Shown here one piece after another: positions 1 to 9,655 of a DNA stretch of 64,000 bases (positions are counted from its first letter, which is position 1; each line of letters begins with the position of its first letter). A model generated the notes under the pieces. It searched no databases and was not told the origin of the DNA. It worked only from the letters and a program-made list of their open reading frames with translations. Source of the DNA: Trueperaceae bacterium. GTDB taxonomy: Bacteria > Deinococcota > Deinococci > Deinococcales > Trueperaceae. The DNA lies in contig OZ243956.1 in the NCBI GenBank assembly GCA_965214405.1, positions 864,001 through 928,000 on the forward strand, read 5' to 3'. Both the position numbers and the translations under genes were made by a program.

Positions 1-510
1 CAGGTAACTCATGAGGCCGAGTTCCTTTTGAGATTCCCCCGTTGCCCACGTAACTTTCATACGAACCTGGACGAGCGCGCCCTCTGACGCTTTAGGTGCG
101 CCGTTCTCAGGCCCCAACACCCACTGCGCCGTGTAGCGTCCTCCAGCAGCGCGCCCCTTACAAAGTGCATCCACACCCGCCGCCGCGGGCGGGTCTTGAA
201 CCACAGGGCAGGCGTCGGCATAAGTTTCCCACGCAGCCCTCGAATTGTCGGCGCTCAGCACGTCCAGCAGAATTTTTTCGCGGACCCCCTCGAGCTGCTT
301 GTTACCAAAATCCTTGGCCCCGCTTATTTCTCTCGCATTCGAAGTGGCCGACAAACTGCCCAACTGTGCGGCGGCAATGGCGAAAAAAGCGACTGCGATG
401 ATGACGAGCGCGACCAAAAGCTCGAGAATCGTTACGCCTCTTTCGCTCTTGAATCCTGATACTTGCCTCTCTATAGCGTTTAACTGAGAGGTTTGGTAAA
501 GCTTAGTCAT
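1..510 (-). CDS. Type IV minor pilin, PilV-like (3' end beyond window edge)
   Basis: Not in the ORF track. ATG at 510 overlaps the stop of the upstream pilin (TAATG). Hand translation MTKLYQ...SERG|VTILELLVALVIIAVAFFAIA shows a class III prepilin site with Glu at +5. Frame is open to position 1. Confidence 0.85.
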   Translation of the reverse strand, partial: MTKLYQTSQLNAIERQVSGFKSERGVTILELLVALVIIAVAFFAIAAAQLGSLSATSNAREISGAKDFGNKQLEGVREKILLDVLSADNSRAAWETYADACPVVQDPPAAAGVDALCKGRAAGGRYTAQWVLGPENGAPKASEGALVQVRMKVTWATGESQKELGLMSYL

Positions 511-1142
511 TACTTCTGCTCCAACTTAACGCGGCCCTGATGAGCAAAAGTGACGTGAAGAGCGTAATCCCCCCGCGTTGAGGAAAAGACGGGTTTCACC
601 ATGCCAAACGGCGTACCGTGAGGGGTGCCACGCGGCGTAAAGACAACCTGATTAGCCGAGCCGCTGGTGAGCCTGACTAGCGGATAGCTCCCCGAGCCGA
701 TAGCGATCTCCTCAATGATTTGGTCACCCGCCGAATATGTGCGGTCCGGCGCGCCCGCAGGGTCGGTATCCAAGAAAATTTGAAAGCTCGAGCCCGTCAC
801 GCGCACGCCCGCGAACAGGTTTTTGGAAATGGCCTCAAATCTGGCTTTTTGCACGCTCACGACAAAGCTCTTGGCCGCCTGCTGGACTTGCAGGCGGTCT
901 TGCGGGTTGAAGTTGAGCATCAGGGCGAACAAGACACCCAAAATAGCCACGACGATAATGATTTCTAAAAGGCTAAAACCTCGTTGCACTTTGGGGTGTC
1001 TCCCAGCACCTACAGCGGTTATCCCATGTTTGACCCCGGCGGGGACATTAAAACCCTTACACCGCGCCCTCCCCACTTTGGGGGTGGTGTTGAGAAAATG
1101 CGTTTGGGAAACCCTTTCTTTGATGTACTGCTCGGTAAGCAT
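510..1142 (-). CDS. Type IV minor pilin/pseudopilin, FimT/GspH-like
   Basis: QRG|FSLLEIIIVVAILGVL prepilin motif, then ARFEAI and VVFTPRG typical of FimT. True start may be a downstream GTG. Confidence 0.8.
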   Translation of the reverse strand: MLTEQYIKERVSQTHFLNTTPKVGRARCKGFNVPAGVKHGITAVGAGRHPKVQRGFSLLEIIIVVAILGVLFALMLNFNPQDRLQVQQAAKSFVVSVQKARFEAISKNLFAGVRVTGSSFQIFLDTDPAGAPDRTYSAGDQIIEEIAIGSGSYPLVRLTSGSANQVVFTPRGTPHGTPFGMVKPVFSSTRGDYALHVTFAHQGRVKLEQK

Positions 1143-1154
1143 ACAGATTCACCA

Positions 1155-1178
1155 AACAAGGGGTTGCAACCCCTTGTT
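1155..1178. repeat. 24-bp perfect palindrome (REP-like), copy 1
   Basis: AACAAGGGGTTGCAACCCCTTGTT; 1153-1179 is identical to 53786-53812. Confidence 0.9.
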
Positions 1179-1216
1179 ACTCGTGGGGTGTTAGGGAGGC
1201 ACCTTTACACGGCAAT

Positions 1217-1861
1217 TTAGTTAAGCCCAAGCTCTCGAGCGCGGTTGATGGCCGAAAGCCGGTCTCCCACGCTCAACTTTCGGTACACCCCGTTGAGGTA
1301 GTCCTTGACCGTTTCGGGGCTTATCCCCAGACGTTTCGCCATCGCTTTATTAGATAAACCTTCGGCCAAAAGCCCCAGCACCTGCGCCTCGCGCGGGGTG
1401 AGGCTCGGCACCTCGACGCGCGGGAGCCAGTCGGCGCGGGGTTTCTCGACAATCTTGCGCAGCGTCGCCGCGAGTTCGGCGGGGTCGGTTTCTTTGGATA
1501 AATAGGCCGTCGCGCCCGCTTCCTTGGCGGCTTTGATGATGGCGGGCTCCTCAAAAGTCGTAAGCATCACGACCAGCACGCGGCGCTTGAGCTCGGTGAT
1601 TTGCTCGCAGGCTTGGATACCGTCGAGCACGGGCATCTTGACGTCCAGGAGGGCGACTTCGAGCTCATGCGCCTTGACCGCCTCCACCGCCTCGCGCCCG
1701 TCCGAGGCCTCGGCGACGACGATAAAGCCCTGGACCCGGAGCGCGTACCGGAGGCCCATCCGAAAGAGCGGGTGGTCGTCGGCGATGAGGACGCGTAGGG
1801 GGGGCGAAACGCTCACACTCTCACGTGTAGGATTTTTCACAGCGCTCTTCGAGTAATTCAT
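1217..1861 (-). CDS. NarL/LuxR-family response regulator
   Basis: REC domain (IADDH, LLDVKMP, YLSK) plus LuxR HTH (LTPREAQVL...GLSNKAMA). Confidence 0.93.
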   Translation of the reverse strand: MNYSKSAVKNPTRESVSVSPPLRVLIADDHPLFRMGLRYALRVQGFIVVAEASDGREAVEAVKAHELEVALLDVKMPVLDGIQACEQITELKRRVLVVMLTTFEEPAIIKAAKEAGATAYLSKETDPAELAATLRKIVEKPRADWLPRVEVPSLTPREAQVLGLLAEGLSNKAMAKRLGISPETVKDYLNGVYRKLSVGDRLSAINRARELGLN

Positions 1862-2949
1862 GCCGCCTCTTTCAAGTACACGAGAAACACCGTGCCCTGC
1901 GGCCCCGTTCGCTCGGTCACGAGCCGCCCGCCGTGCGCTTCGGTAATGCGGCGCGCGATAAAGAGCCCCAAGCCTCCCGTGCCCGCCGTGTAACGCTCTC
2001 CCGCGATGTCCACGGGCTGCGCGTTAAAGGGCTGCGCGAGCGTTTCAAGGGGCGCGGGCAAGCCCGGTCCGTCGTCCTGTAGGCGAATCATGCCGGAGAA
2101 AATCTCAACGGTGATGCGGGAACGCGCGTAACGCACGGCGTTACTCAGGAGGTTGTAGAGCGCGCGCTCCAACTCTCGAGCGTCCACGACCGCGAGCGCG
2201 CTCCCGCGCAGCGTCAGGGTAAGTCCACGCTCCTCAGCGAGCGGGCGCACCCGCTCGAGCACCCCCGCGACCAAGTCTTTAAGCTCGAGCCTTTCGCGCT
2301 TTAGGGGCACGTCGTCGCGTTCAAATTTGTGCGCGTCAACCATCCCCTGCACGAGTTCGGTGAGCCTCTTGTTCTCGCTCAAAACGCGGCTCACGATGTC
2401 GATGCGCTCCTCACGGGGCAAGGAGTCGGTGTCGCGGATCACCGCCAGGAGGTGATTGGCGGCCACCAGGGGAGTTTTGAGGTCGTGCATCAAGGTCGCC
2501 ATAAACGAACTCCGGCGCGACTGCTCTAAGCCCACCTGGGCGAGGAGCGTGTTAAACGAGGTTTTGAGGAGGAGCACTTCTTTGGGTTCATGCTGGGCGG
2601 GCTCCAACCTCACCCCCGTCAAGCGGCCCCTGCGCGACTGGAGCACGTCAATTTGCCCGCTCAGCTTCGTTAAGGGCGCTAACAACAGGCGCGAGAGCGC
2701 GTAGCCGAGACCCGCCGAGAGGAGGGCAACGCCGAGCATCCAAGCGCCAAAGGTAAGCCAGAGGGAGCGGGGTAGCGCCGCGCCGTAGAGCGACCCGAAA
2801 AAGGAGAGCGCAACCACCCCGTTGGGCAAGAACGAGAGCAGGCCGATAACGAAAGCGACCTGCGCGTGAAGGCTTAACCCTCCGCCGCGTTTAGGTTTGA
2901 AGGCAAGGCTCGAGCCCTCGTTGGCTTGCGTTCCTCTCGCGCTTATCAC
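1858..2949 (-). CDS. Membrane sensor histidine kinase
   Basis: Two TM helices, HAMP-like linker, H-box HDLKTPL, N-box NLLSNA, DDGPG and GLGL boxes; overlaps the regulator start. Confidence 0.92.
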   Translation of the reverse strand: MISARGTQANEGSSLAFKPKRGGGLSLHAQVAFVIGLLSFLPNGVVALSFFGSLYGAALPRSLWLTFGAWMLGVALLSAGLGYALSRLLLAPLTKLSGQIDVLQSRRGRLTGVRLEPAQHEPKEVLLLKTSFNTLLAQVGLEQSRRSSFMATLMHDLKTPLVAANHLLAVIRDTDSLPREERIDIVSRVLSENKRLTELVQGMVDAHKFERDDVPLKRERLELKDLVAGVLERVRPLAEERGLTLTLRGSALAVVDARELERALYNLLSNAVRYARSRITVEIFSGMIRLQDDGPGLPAPLETLAQPFNAQPVDIAGERYTAGTGGLGLFIARRITEAHGGRLVTERTGPQGTVFLVYLKEAA

Positions 2950-2961
2950 TCCTCCGTTCTA

Positions 2962-4758
2962 CTACTCGTCGGAGGTCAGCACCGCCAAAAATGCCTCTTG
3001 TGGCACCTCGACGGTGCCGAGCTGCTTCATGCGCTCCTTGCCCTTTTTCTGCTTTTCCAACAACTTGCGCTTTCTCGTGATGTCGCCGCCGTAACACTTG
3101 GCGGTCACGTCCTTGCGAAAGGCGCGCACGGTCGCGCGGGCCAAAATCTTGCCGCCGATGGCCGCCTGGATGGGCACCGCGAACATCTGCCGGGGGATCA
3201 CCTCGGCCATCTTGTCGACGATCTTGCGCCCGATGCCGTAGGCCTTGTCGCGGTGAGCAATGATGGAGAGCGCGTCCACTTTTTCGTCGTTGACGAGCAC
3301 GTCCACCTTGACGAGCGCGCCCTCGCGGTACTCCAGGGGCTCGTAGTCCATCGAAGCGTAGCCTCTTGTTAAACTTTTGAGCCGGTCATGAAAGTCGTAA
3401 AGAATCTCGCCAAAGGGCACCTCATAGCGCAACTCGACGCGCCGCCCGTGGTAAACCATGTTTTTCATGTCGCCGCGGCGATCTTGGAGCAGGCCCATCA
3501 CGTTGCCCACGTACTCCTCGGGCACGTAGACGGAGAGCTTGACGTAGGGCTCGAGGATGCGCGCCACCTTGTCAGGCTCGGGCAGCTCGGCGGGGTTCTG
3601 GATGCGCTCCGTTTGACCGTTGGTCAGTTCGACCTCGTAGATGACCGCGGGCGCGGTGGCGATGAGGCCCAAGTCGAATTCGCGCTCGAGCCGCGCCTGC
3701 ACGATGTCGGCGTGTAAGAGCCCTAGAAAGCCGCAGCGAAAGCCGAAGCCTAACGCTTCTGACGTCTCGGGCTCAAAAGTAAAGGCAGCGTCGTTTAGGG
3801 AAAGTTTTTCCAATGCCTCGCGCAGCTTGTGATAATCGTCGGCGTCGGTCGGGTAGAGGCCGCTAAAGACGACGGGCTGCGCGGGCTTGAAGCCGGGAAT
3901 CACGTGCGTGGTGGGTTTTTCGGCGTGGGTGACGGTGTCGCCTATCTGCGTATCCGCGATGTTTTTGATGCTCGCGGTGAGCCAGCCCACCTCGCCGGGG
4001 CCGAGCACGTCGGCGACGGCTAAAGAAGGCTCAAAAAAGCCCACCTTGTCCACCTCAAACTCCTTGCCCGTGCTCACAATTTTAATCACGTCGCCCTTTT
4101 TGACCCTGCCGTCGAACACGCGAATCAGGGGAATGACGCCCTGATAAGTGTCGTAAACCGCATCGAAAATAAGGCACGACAGCGGCGCGTCGGGGTCGCC
4201 CTCGGGCGCGGGCAGGTGCTCGACGATGGCCTCCAAAATCGCCCCCACGTTCTCCCCCGTTTTGGCCGAGACCGCCACCGCGTAGTCGCCGGGGATGCCG
4301 ACGACCTCCTCTAGTTCGCGCACCGCCCCCTCGGGATCGGCGTTGGGCAGGTCGATTTTATTTACCACGGGCAAGACCTCGAGCCCGTTATCAACCGCCA
4401 AATACGCGTTCTGGATCGTTTGCGCCTCGACGCCTTGCGCCGCGTCGATGACCAACAAGACCCCCTCGCAGGCGCGCAGGGCGCGCGACACCTCGTAGTT
4501 AAAGTCCACGTGGCCGGGGGTGTCGATAAGGTTGAACATGTACCGCTGGCCGTTTTTGGCGTTGTAGTAGAGGCGCACCGGGGAGGCCTTGATGGTGATG
4601 CCTCGCTCGCGCTCGAGTTCTAAGGTATCCAACATCTGGTCGCGGCGGTTACGGTCCGACACGCTTCTTGTCAGCTCCAAGATGCGGTCGGCCAGGGTCG
4701 ATTTGCCGTGGTCCACGTGCGCGATGATCGAAAAGTTACGGATTTCTGGGCTACTCAC
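2962..4758 (-). CDS. lepA: Elongation factor 4
   Basis: [46 protein letters not shown]. Start moved to GTG 4758, 6 nt after TACAAT. Confidence 0.97.
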   Translation of the reverse strand: MSSPEIRNFSIIAHVDHGKSTLADRILELTRSVSDRNRRDQMLDTLELERERGITIKASPVRLYYNAKNGQRYMFNLIDTPGHVDFNYEVSRALRACEGVLLVIDAAQGVEAQTIQNAYLAVDNGLEVLPVVNKIDLPNADPEGAVRELEEVVGIPGDYAVAVSAKTGENVGAILEAIVEHLPAPEGDPDAPLSCLIFDAVYDTYQGVIPLIRVFDGRVKKGDVIKIVSTGKEFEVDKVGFFEPSLAVADVLGPGEVGWLTASIKNIADTQIGDTVTHAEKPTTHVIPGFKPAQPVVFSGLYPTDADDYHKLREALEKLSLNDAAFTFEPETSEALGFGFRCGFLGLLHADIVQARLEREFDLGLIATAPAVIYEVELTNGQTERIQNPAELPEPDKVARILEPYVKLSVYVPEEYVGNVMGLLQDRRGDMKNMVYHGRRVELRYEVPFGEILYDFHDRLKSLTRGYASMDYEPLEYREGALVKVDVLVNDEKVDALSIIAHRDKAYGIGRKIVDKMAEVIPRQMFAVPIQAAIGGKILARATVRAFRKDVTAKCYGGDITRKRKLLEKQKKGKERMKQLGTVEVPQEAFLAVLTSDE

Positions 4759-4857
4759 CCTTGCATTGTACCGGCAAAGGGTGCCGCCTGCTTGCAAGAT
4801 GGCTCGCACAGGTGGGGTTTACCCTTTTTGGGCCCGCCCTTTTTTGAGTCTCACCCC

Positions 4858-4886
4858 TTGTCAAGACGAAAAGCGCCTGATAAGGT
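4858..4886 (+). promoter_or_regulatory. Sigma70-type promoter of first HU gene
   Basis: TTGTCA-N17-TAAGGT, then AGGAGG Shine-Dalgarno before GTG 4908. Confidence 0.55.
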
Positions 4887-4907
4887 ACTTCTTTAGAGGA
4901 GGCCATA

Positions 4908-5195
4908 GTGGCAGACACGGTCAATAAAGGACATCTGGTTGATAAAGTTGCCGAAACCACCGGCTTGAGCAAGCGAGACGTCAAGAGCGTCGTCGACGGT
5001 GTGTTCGACCACATCACCGAGCACCTGACGCGCGGCGACAAGGTGCAGATTACGGGCTTCGGCGCTTTTGAGGTTCGGGAACGCTCCGCACGGCAGGGCG
5101 TCAACCCGAGCACGGGCGAGAAAATAGACATCGCCGCCTCCAAAGCGCCCGCCTTCAAGGCGGGCAAGAGCCTCAAGGAGAGCGTGAAGGGCTAA
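4908..5195 (+). CDS. hup: DNA-binding protein HU (paralog 1)
   Basis: [37 protein letters not shown]. Confidence 0.95.
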   Translation: MADTVNKGHLVDKVAETTGLSKRDVKSVVDGVFDHITEHLTRGDKVQITGFGAFEVRERSARQGVNPSTGEKIDIAASKAPAFKAGKSLKESVKG

Positions 5196-5223
5196 TGCGC
5201 CGCTAAAAGCTAAAGTTAAGAAG

Positions 5224-5246
5224 CGCCCGCTCAGACGGGCGTTTTT
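5224..5246 (+). terminator. Intrinsic terminator after hup
   Basis: CGCCCG-ctcaga-CGGGCG followed by TTTTT. Confidence 0.75.
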
Positions 5247-5450
5247 GTTGGTCATAGCCTCAAAGTACGCTCATGTGAGTCTGCTAGGATGCTTAAAGAG
5301 ACAGCTTGCAAACGTGTTGACGTGGCTTGTCTGAAATTTCTTGCGCTTTACCCGAAGCTCTTCCGCACAAGTTCTTTGCACGGAATTCTCTAAGCTTATT
5401 TTTTTCTTCTTTACACCAATCTTTTACACCAAGCGTTCTCCGAAAACCCT

Positions 5451-6923
5451 ATGCAGACCTCCAGACGCGACTTCCTCAAACTCAGCGGCGCGGTCCTCGC
5501 CGCGAGTCTCGTGTCGCCTGCGCTTGCCAAGGCGAGTGAAACGGCGAGTCGGGTCGACCCTGGGCTGCATCTGCTTAACCGCATTACCTGGGGGCCGCGG
5601 TTTGAAGAGCTCGAGCGGCTAAACACTCTCGGCTTGGAAGCGTATTTAGACGAGCAGCTTCACCCCGAACGCATAGGCGACGCGGGGGCGGACTCCAAGT
5701 TACGAGACCTCCCCATTCTGGCAATGGACCGCCGCACCGCCCACCGCCTCACCGACTACCGCGACCGCTGCCGCAAGGCGCTGATTCAGGGGGTGGTGCT
5801 CCGCGGGGCGCACAGCAAACGGCAACTTTTGGAGCGCGTAGTGGATTTCTGGACGGACCATTTCAACGTGCCGAGCCGCGACCTAGAGCCCGAAGTCATC
5901 GCTTTTCAGCGCGAGGCGATTCGCGCGCACGCGCTGGGAGGTTTCCGTGATTTGCTCTTTGCCACCGCCCAGAGCCCCGCCATGCTCGGTTACCTGGACA
6001 ACAAGAGCAACGAGGCGGAAAATCCGAACGAAAATTATGCGAGGGAGCTTTTAGAGCTTCACACCCTAGGCGTGGACGGCGGCTACAGCGAGGAGGACGT
6101 CAAAGAAGTCGCGCGGGCCTTTACGGGTTGGACGGTTGATAACCGCACCGACTCAGGTTTTTACTTCAAGGCCAAAGTTCATGACACGGGCGAGAAGCAC
6201 GTGCTTGGACACACCTTGCCTGCGGATAGAGGGATTGAAGACGGCTTGCACGTCTTGAGCCTCTTAGCAGATCATCCTTCGACGGCGCGCTTCGTCTGCA
6301 CAAAGCTCTGCGTCAAGTTCGTCGCCGACGACCCGCCGCCCAATTTGGTGGAGAGCGCGGCGCAGGTGTGGATGCAAACGGATGGCGATATCAGGGAGGT
6401 GTTGCGCCACATCTTTTTGTCTCCAGAATTTGAGGCCTCCGCAGGTAGGAAGCTGCGCCGCCCCTTGGAGTTTTTCATCGGCGCGCTCCGCGCGACGGGC
6501 ACCGAGCCCCACGACGACAAGACGAGAGAGCTTTTGAAAAGCCTCGCGCACGTCCCTTACGCCTGGGAGCCGCCGGACGGTTATCCCGATAAGGCGGCGG
6601 CGTGGATAACGAGCAGCGGCCTTTTAGCCCGCTGGAACGTCGCGTCGGCCCTGACGCACACGGCCTACAGCAACCCGGACGCGCTCATGAGCACAGAGCT
6701 TTACGAGCGCGTCGGGAGTCCTGAAACCGTCGGAGTGCTTGTGGACGGGGTGGCGCAGCAGGTTTTTGCCAGACGCTTGGAAGAAGCCGAACGCGCGTTG
6801 TTCATCGCTTTTGCGTCGGATGATGGCGGAGCCGACACGCCTGTTACCGCTCACCTCGTGGCGCGTAAGCTCGGCTCCTTGTACGGCCTCATGCTCGCCT
6901 CGCCCGCGTACCAGTGGTGCTAA
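5451..6923 (+). CDS. DUF1800-family protein with Tat signal
   Basis: SRRDFLK twin-arginine signal; FWTDHFNV, PNENYARELLELHTLG, ARAFTGW motifs. Confidence 0.88.
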   Translation: MQTSRRDFLKLSGAVLAASLVSPALAKASETASRVDPGLHLLNRITWGPRFEELERLNTLGLEAYLDEQLHPERIGDAGADSKLRDLPILAMDRRTAHRLTDYRDRCRKALIQGVVLRGAHSKRQLLERVVDFWTDHFNVPSRDLEPEVIAFQREAIRAHALGGFRDLLFATAQSPAMLGYLDNKSNEAENPNENYARELLELHTLGVDGGYSEEDVKEVARAFTGWTVDNRTDSGFYFKAKVHDTGEKHVLGHTLPADRGIEDGLHVLSLLADHPSTARFVCTKLCVKFVADDPPPNLVESAAQVWMQTDGDIREVLRHIFLSPEFEASAGRKLRRPLEFFIGALRATGTEPHDDKTRELLKSLAHVPYAWEPPDGYPDKAAAWITSSGLLARWNVASALTHTAYSNPDALMSTELYERVGSPETVGVLVDGVAQQVFARRLEEAERALFIAFASDDGGADTPVTAHLVARKLGSLYGLMLASPAYQWC

Positions 6924-6937
6924 AAGGAGATAGACCT

Positions 6938-8236
6938 ATGAACCGACGTGACCTTCTCGCCCGTATGGGAATGCTCGGCACGCTCGGCGTCTCCCGCGCG
7001 CTCCTGCCCGGTTGGCTGCCTCAGCTCGCGTTTCGGCCCCTCGAGCTGAGCACCACGTCCGGCGCCGCTCCCGGCGACACCCTCGTTTGCATCTTTTTAC
7101 GCGGCGGCATGGACGGCTTGAGCGCCGTCGCGCCCTACGGTGAAGGCTCACACTTTTATGACGCCAGACCAACTCAGCGCGTTCGGGAACCCGGCAACGC
7201 GTCCGGGGCCGCGTTGGACTTAGACGGCTTTTTCGGGTTTCACCCGGCGCTCGAGCCGCTTTCGGACATCTACCGCACGGGCGACTTAGGCGTCATCCAC
7301 GCGGTCGGCAGCACCGACCCGTCTAGATCGCACTTTGACGCGATGCAGTTTATAGAAAACGGCACGCCGGGAACGAAGATGACCAGCACGGGCTGGCTCG
7401 GGCGGCACCTAAAGAGTGCGGCCTGGGAGAACGGCTCACCTTTTCGCGCGGTCGGGATGGGCGCGATGCTGCCCGCGTCGCTGCGCGGCAGCACGCCCCT
7501 GTCGCTCCGCTCGATTACCGACTTTCACCTGCGCGGACGGCAGGGCGAGCGGTGGCGCGTGGAGCAGGCGCTTAGCGACCTCTACAGCCTCCACGCGCCC
7601 GACGAGATGTTAGGGCCTCAAGCAGAACTCGTTTTTGAAACCATCGAGATGCTCAAATCTTTGGAAGCGCCCACCTATCAACCCGCGGGCGGCGCGTCCT
7701 ATCCGGACGACCACCACGGCTTCGGCAAGGGTTTAGAGCAGATTGCGCAGCTTGTCAAGGCGGAGGTCGGCTTAGAAGTCGCCTGCCTCGACTTAGGCGG
7801 CTGGGACACGCACGAAGGGCAAGGGACGCTGGACGGGAACTTCAACTACCTTTTAGACACGTTGGGGCGCGGTTTGGAAGCGCTCTACACCGACTTAGGC
7901 GACCGGATGCAGCGCGTGACGGTTCTCACCATGAGCGAGTTCGGGCGGCGCGTTAAGGAGAACGCGAGCGCGGGCACCGACCACGGGCACGGGGGCGTGA
8001 TGATGCTGATGGGCGGCGGCGTCAAGGGTGGGCAGGTCTACAGCCGGTGGCCGACGCTCGAGCCCCACGCCCTCAACAACGGCGACTTGGCCGTCACCAC
8101 CGACTACCGCGACGTGTTAGCCGAGGTGGTCTCGCAGCGCCTGGGCAACCCCAAGCTGGCCGAGGTCTTCCCCAACCACACCGTAACGCCGCTCGGCCTC
8201 GTGCATCCGCTGAACGACAGGCAAGCCCGTGCCTAG
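6938..8236 (+). CDS. DUF1501-family protein with Tat-like signal
   Basis: AGGAGA SD then MNRRDLL; LRGGMDGL, SRSHFDA, GGWDTH, SEFGRR, GTDHG motifs. Confidence 0.88.
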   Translation: MNRRDLLARMGMLGTLGVSRALLPGWLPQLAFRPLELSTTSGAAPGDTLVCIFLRGGMDGLSAVAPYGEGSHFYDARPTQRVREPGNASGAALDLDGFFGFHPALEPLSDIYRTGDLGVIHAVGSTDPSRSHFDAMQFIENGTPGTKMTSTGWLGRHLKSAAWENGSPFRAVGMGAMLPASLRGSTPLSLRSITDFHLRGRQGERWRVEQALSDLYSLHAPDEMLGPQAELVFETIEMLKSLEAPTYQPAGGASYPDDHHGFGKGLEQIAQLVKAEVGLEVACLDLGGWDTHEGQGTLDGNFNYLLDTLGRGLEALYTDLGDRMQRVTVLTMSEFGRRVKENASAGTDHGHGGVMMLMGGGVKGGQVYSRWPTLEPHALNNGDLAVTTDYRDVLAEVVSQRLGNPKLAEVFPNHTVTPLGLVHPLNDRQARA

Positions 8237-8267
8237 GGTTGTGTTACGCAAAAAAGGATTCATCACA

Positions 8268-9023
8268 ATGCTGCTCGTCCTGCTGCTTAGCTGGACTCTG
8301 GGTGCGTCCGCCCAATCGGAATACGCCGACGAGTCTTATGAAGAGAGAGAAGCGCGGCTGGTCACGTTCATCGCCGAAACCGAGGACTTTGCTGACTGGC
8401 TGACGAGCTATGAAGGCTGGCAGGGCAGCGCCTCACCCCATGACGAAAACAATCTGGACGGGGGCTGGAGCGTTGAATTTCACGACGCCGACGGTGAGGA
8501 GTGGCTGGGCTACGCCAATGTGAATTCGCTCTCAGGTGAAATATACGACTCGTTCGTCCCTCGACCGCTACCCGAGGACGAACTCGCGGCGGGCCGAGCG
8601 CGCGTGCAAACGCTCGTCCTAAACGACCCTGAGGTGGCGGCGCGGCTTAGCGACCCGCTTCTTTGGGATATTGAAACGGACTATAACCGTTTTGAGGTGC
8701 ATTGGAGGGTGGACTTTTACAGGGGCTTAGAGCACCTGCGGGTCATCGCCCAGATGGGCGATGAATTTTATATCGAAGAGATTCGCAACGAGCGCACCTT
8801 TAACGAGGAAAAAGCGGTTGAGTATGCTCGAGACGAGGCCATCCGCTTAGCTTACGAAGAGGTCGGCAACGCCTTGGACGGCCTGGACGACTGGCGCACC
8901 TACGCCGAAAGGCAGGGCGGCGGGCGCTGGAGTGTGAGTTTTGTCACGGGCGGGACAGAACGGTTTTTTGCGCTGGTGGATGTGGAGAATGGGCAGGTAT
9001 TGGAGGCGGAGGCGAGGGAATGA
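8268..9023 (+). CDS. Exported acidic protein with PepSY-like repeats
   Basis: Signal peptide ending ASAQ; repeated W-x-V-x-F...VD/N-xx-GE/Q-I/V elements. Start uncertain (8229 or 8268). Confidence 0.6.
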   Translation: MLLVLLLSWTLGASAQSEYADESYEEREARLVTFIAETEDFADWLTSYEGWQGSASPHDENNLDGGWSVEFHDADGEEWLGYANVNSLSGEIYDSFVPRPLPEDELAAGRARVQTLVLNDPEVAARLSDPLLWDIETDYNRFEVHWRVDFYRGLEHLRVIAQMGDEFYIEEIRNERTFNEEKAVEYARDEAIRLAYEEVGNALDGLDDWRTYAERQGGGRWSVSFVTGGTERFFALVDVENGQVLEAEARE

Positions 9024-9064
9024 GCTTTCCCTCTAACTTTCGCTTACGATTGTTAGAGTGACGC

Positions 9065-9655
9065 ATGTCCAAAAACGCACTTTACTTTCTCGTCGGTTCG
9101 TCCGGCTCAGGCAAGACAACCTTGCTTAAACGCGTTGCCAACGACTTTTTTTCAGACTTGACCGTGTTTCATTTTGATGACATTGCCGCACCAAGCGCCG
9201 AAGTCGTCCGTAAGCTCGGCGGGCCGGAGCAGTGGCAGGCGTTTACTGCGCGCCAGTGGGTCAAGAGAATAGCTGAATCTGATGCAAGACTCACCGTACT
9301 CGGTGGGCAGGCAAGGCCCAGCATCTTGCAGCGCGCCACCAATGAAGATGGCTTATCAGCCCTGCACATCACGCTTATTGACTGTGGTCATAATGAGCGG
9401 CGACGACGTTTAGTTGAAGAAAGGTCGCAGCCTGAACTCGACCAGCTAGACACATACGCCTGGGCTGCATACTTGCGTGGTCAGGCGGACGCGCTCGAGC
9501 TCGAGGTCATCGACACAACTTCCGCAACTATAGAAGAGAGCGCGGAAACGCTTGCGCGGAGTATCGAACGTTTTGCTGGGGCCATAGGCTCGCCGGTTCA
9601 TAAAACCTCACAACCCAGCACCTTTTCATCACCTCTAAATTTCAGGTGGGGCTGA
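9065..9655 (+). CDS. P-loop nucleotide kinase-like protein
   Basis: Walker A GSSGSGKT near the N-terminus; lower GC than neighbours. Confidence 0.7.
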   Translation: MSKNALYFLVGSSGSGKTTLLKRVANDFFSDLTVFHFDDIAAPSAEVVRKLGGPEQWQAFTARQWVKRIAESDARLTVLGGQARPSILQRATNEDGLSALHITLIDCGHNERRRRLVEERSQPELDQLDTYAWAAYLRGQADALELEVIDTTSATIEESAETLARSIERFAGAIGSPVHKTSQPSTFSSPLNFRWG

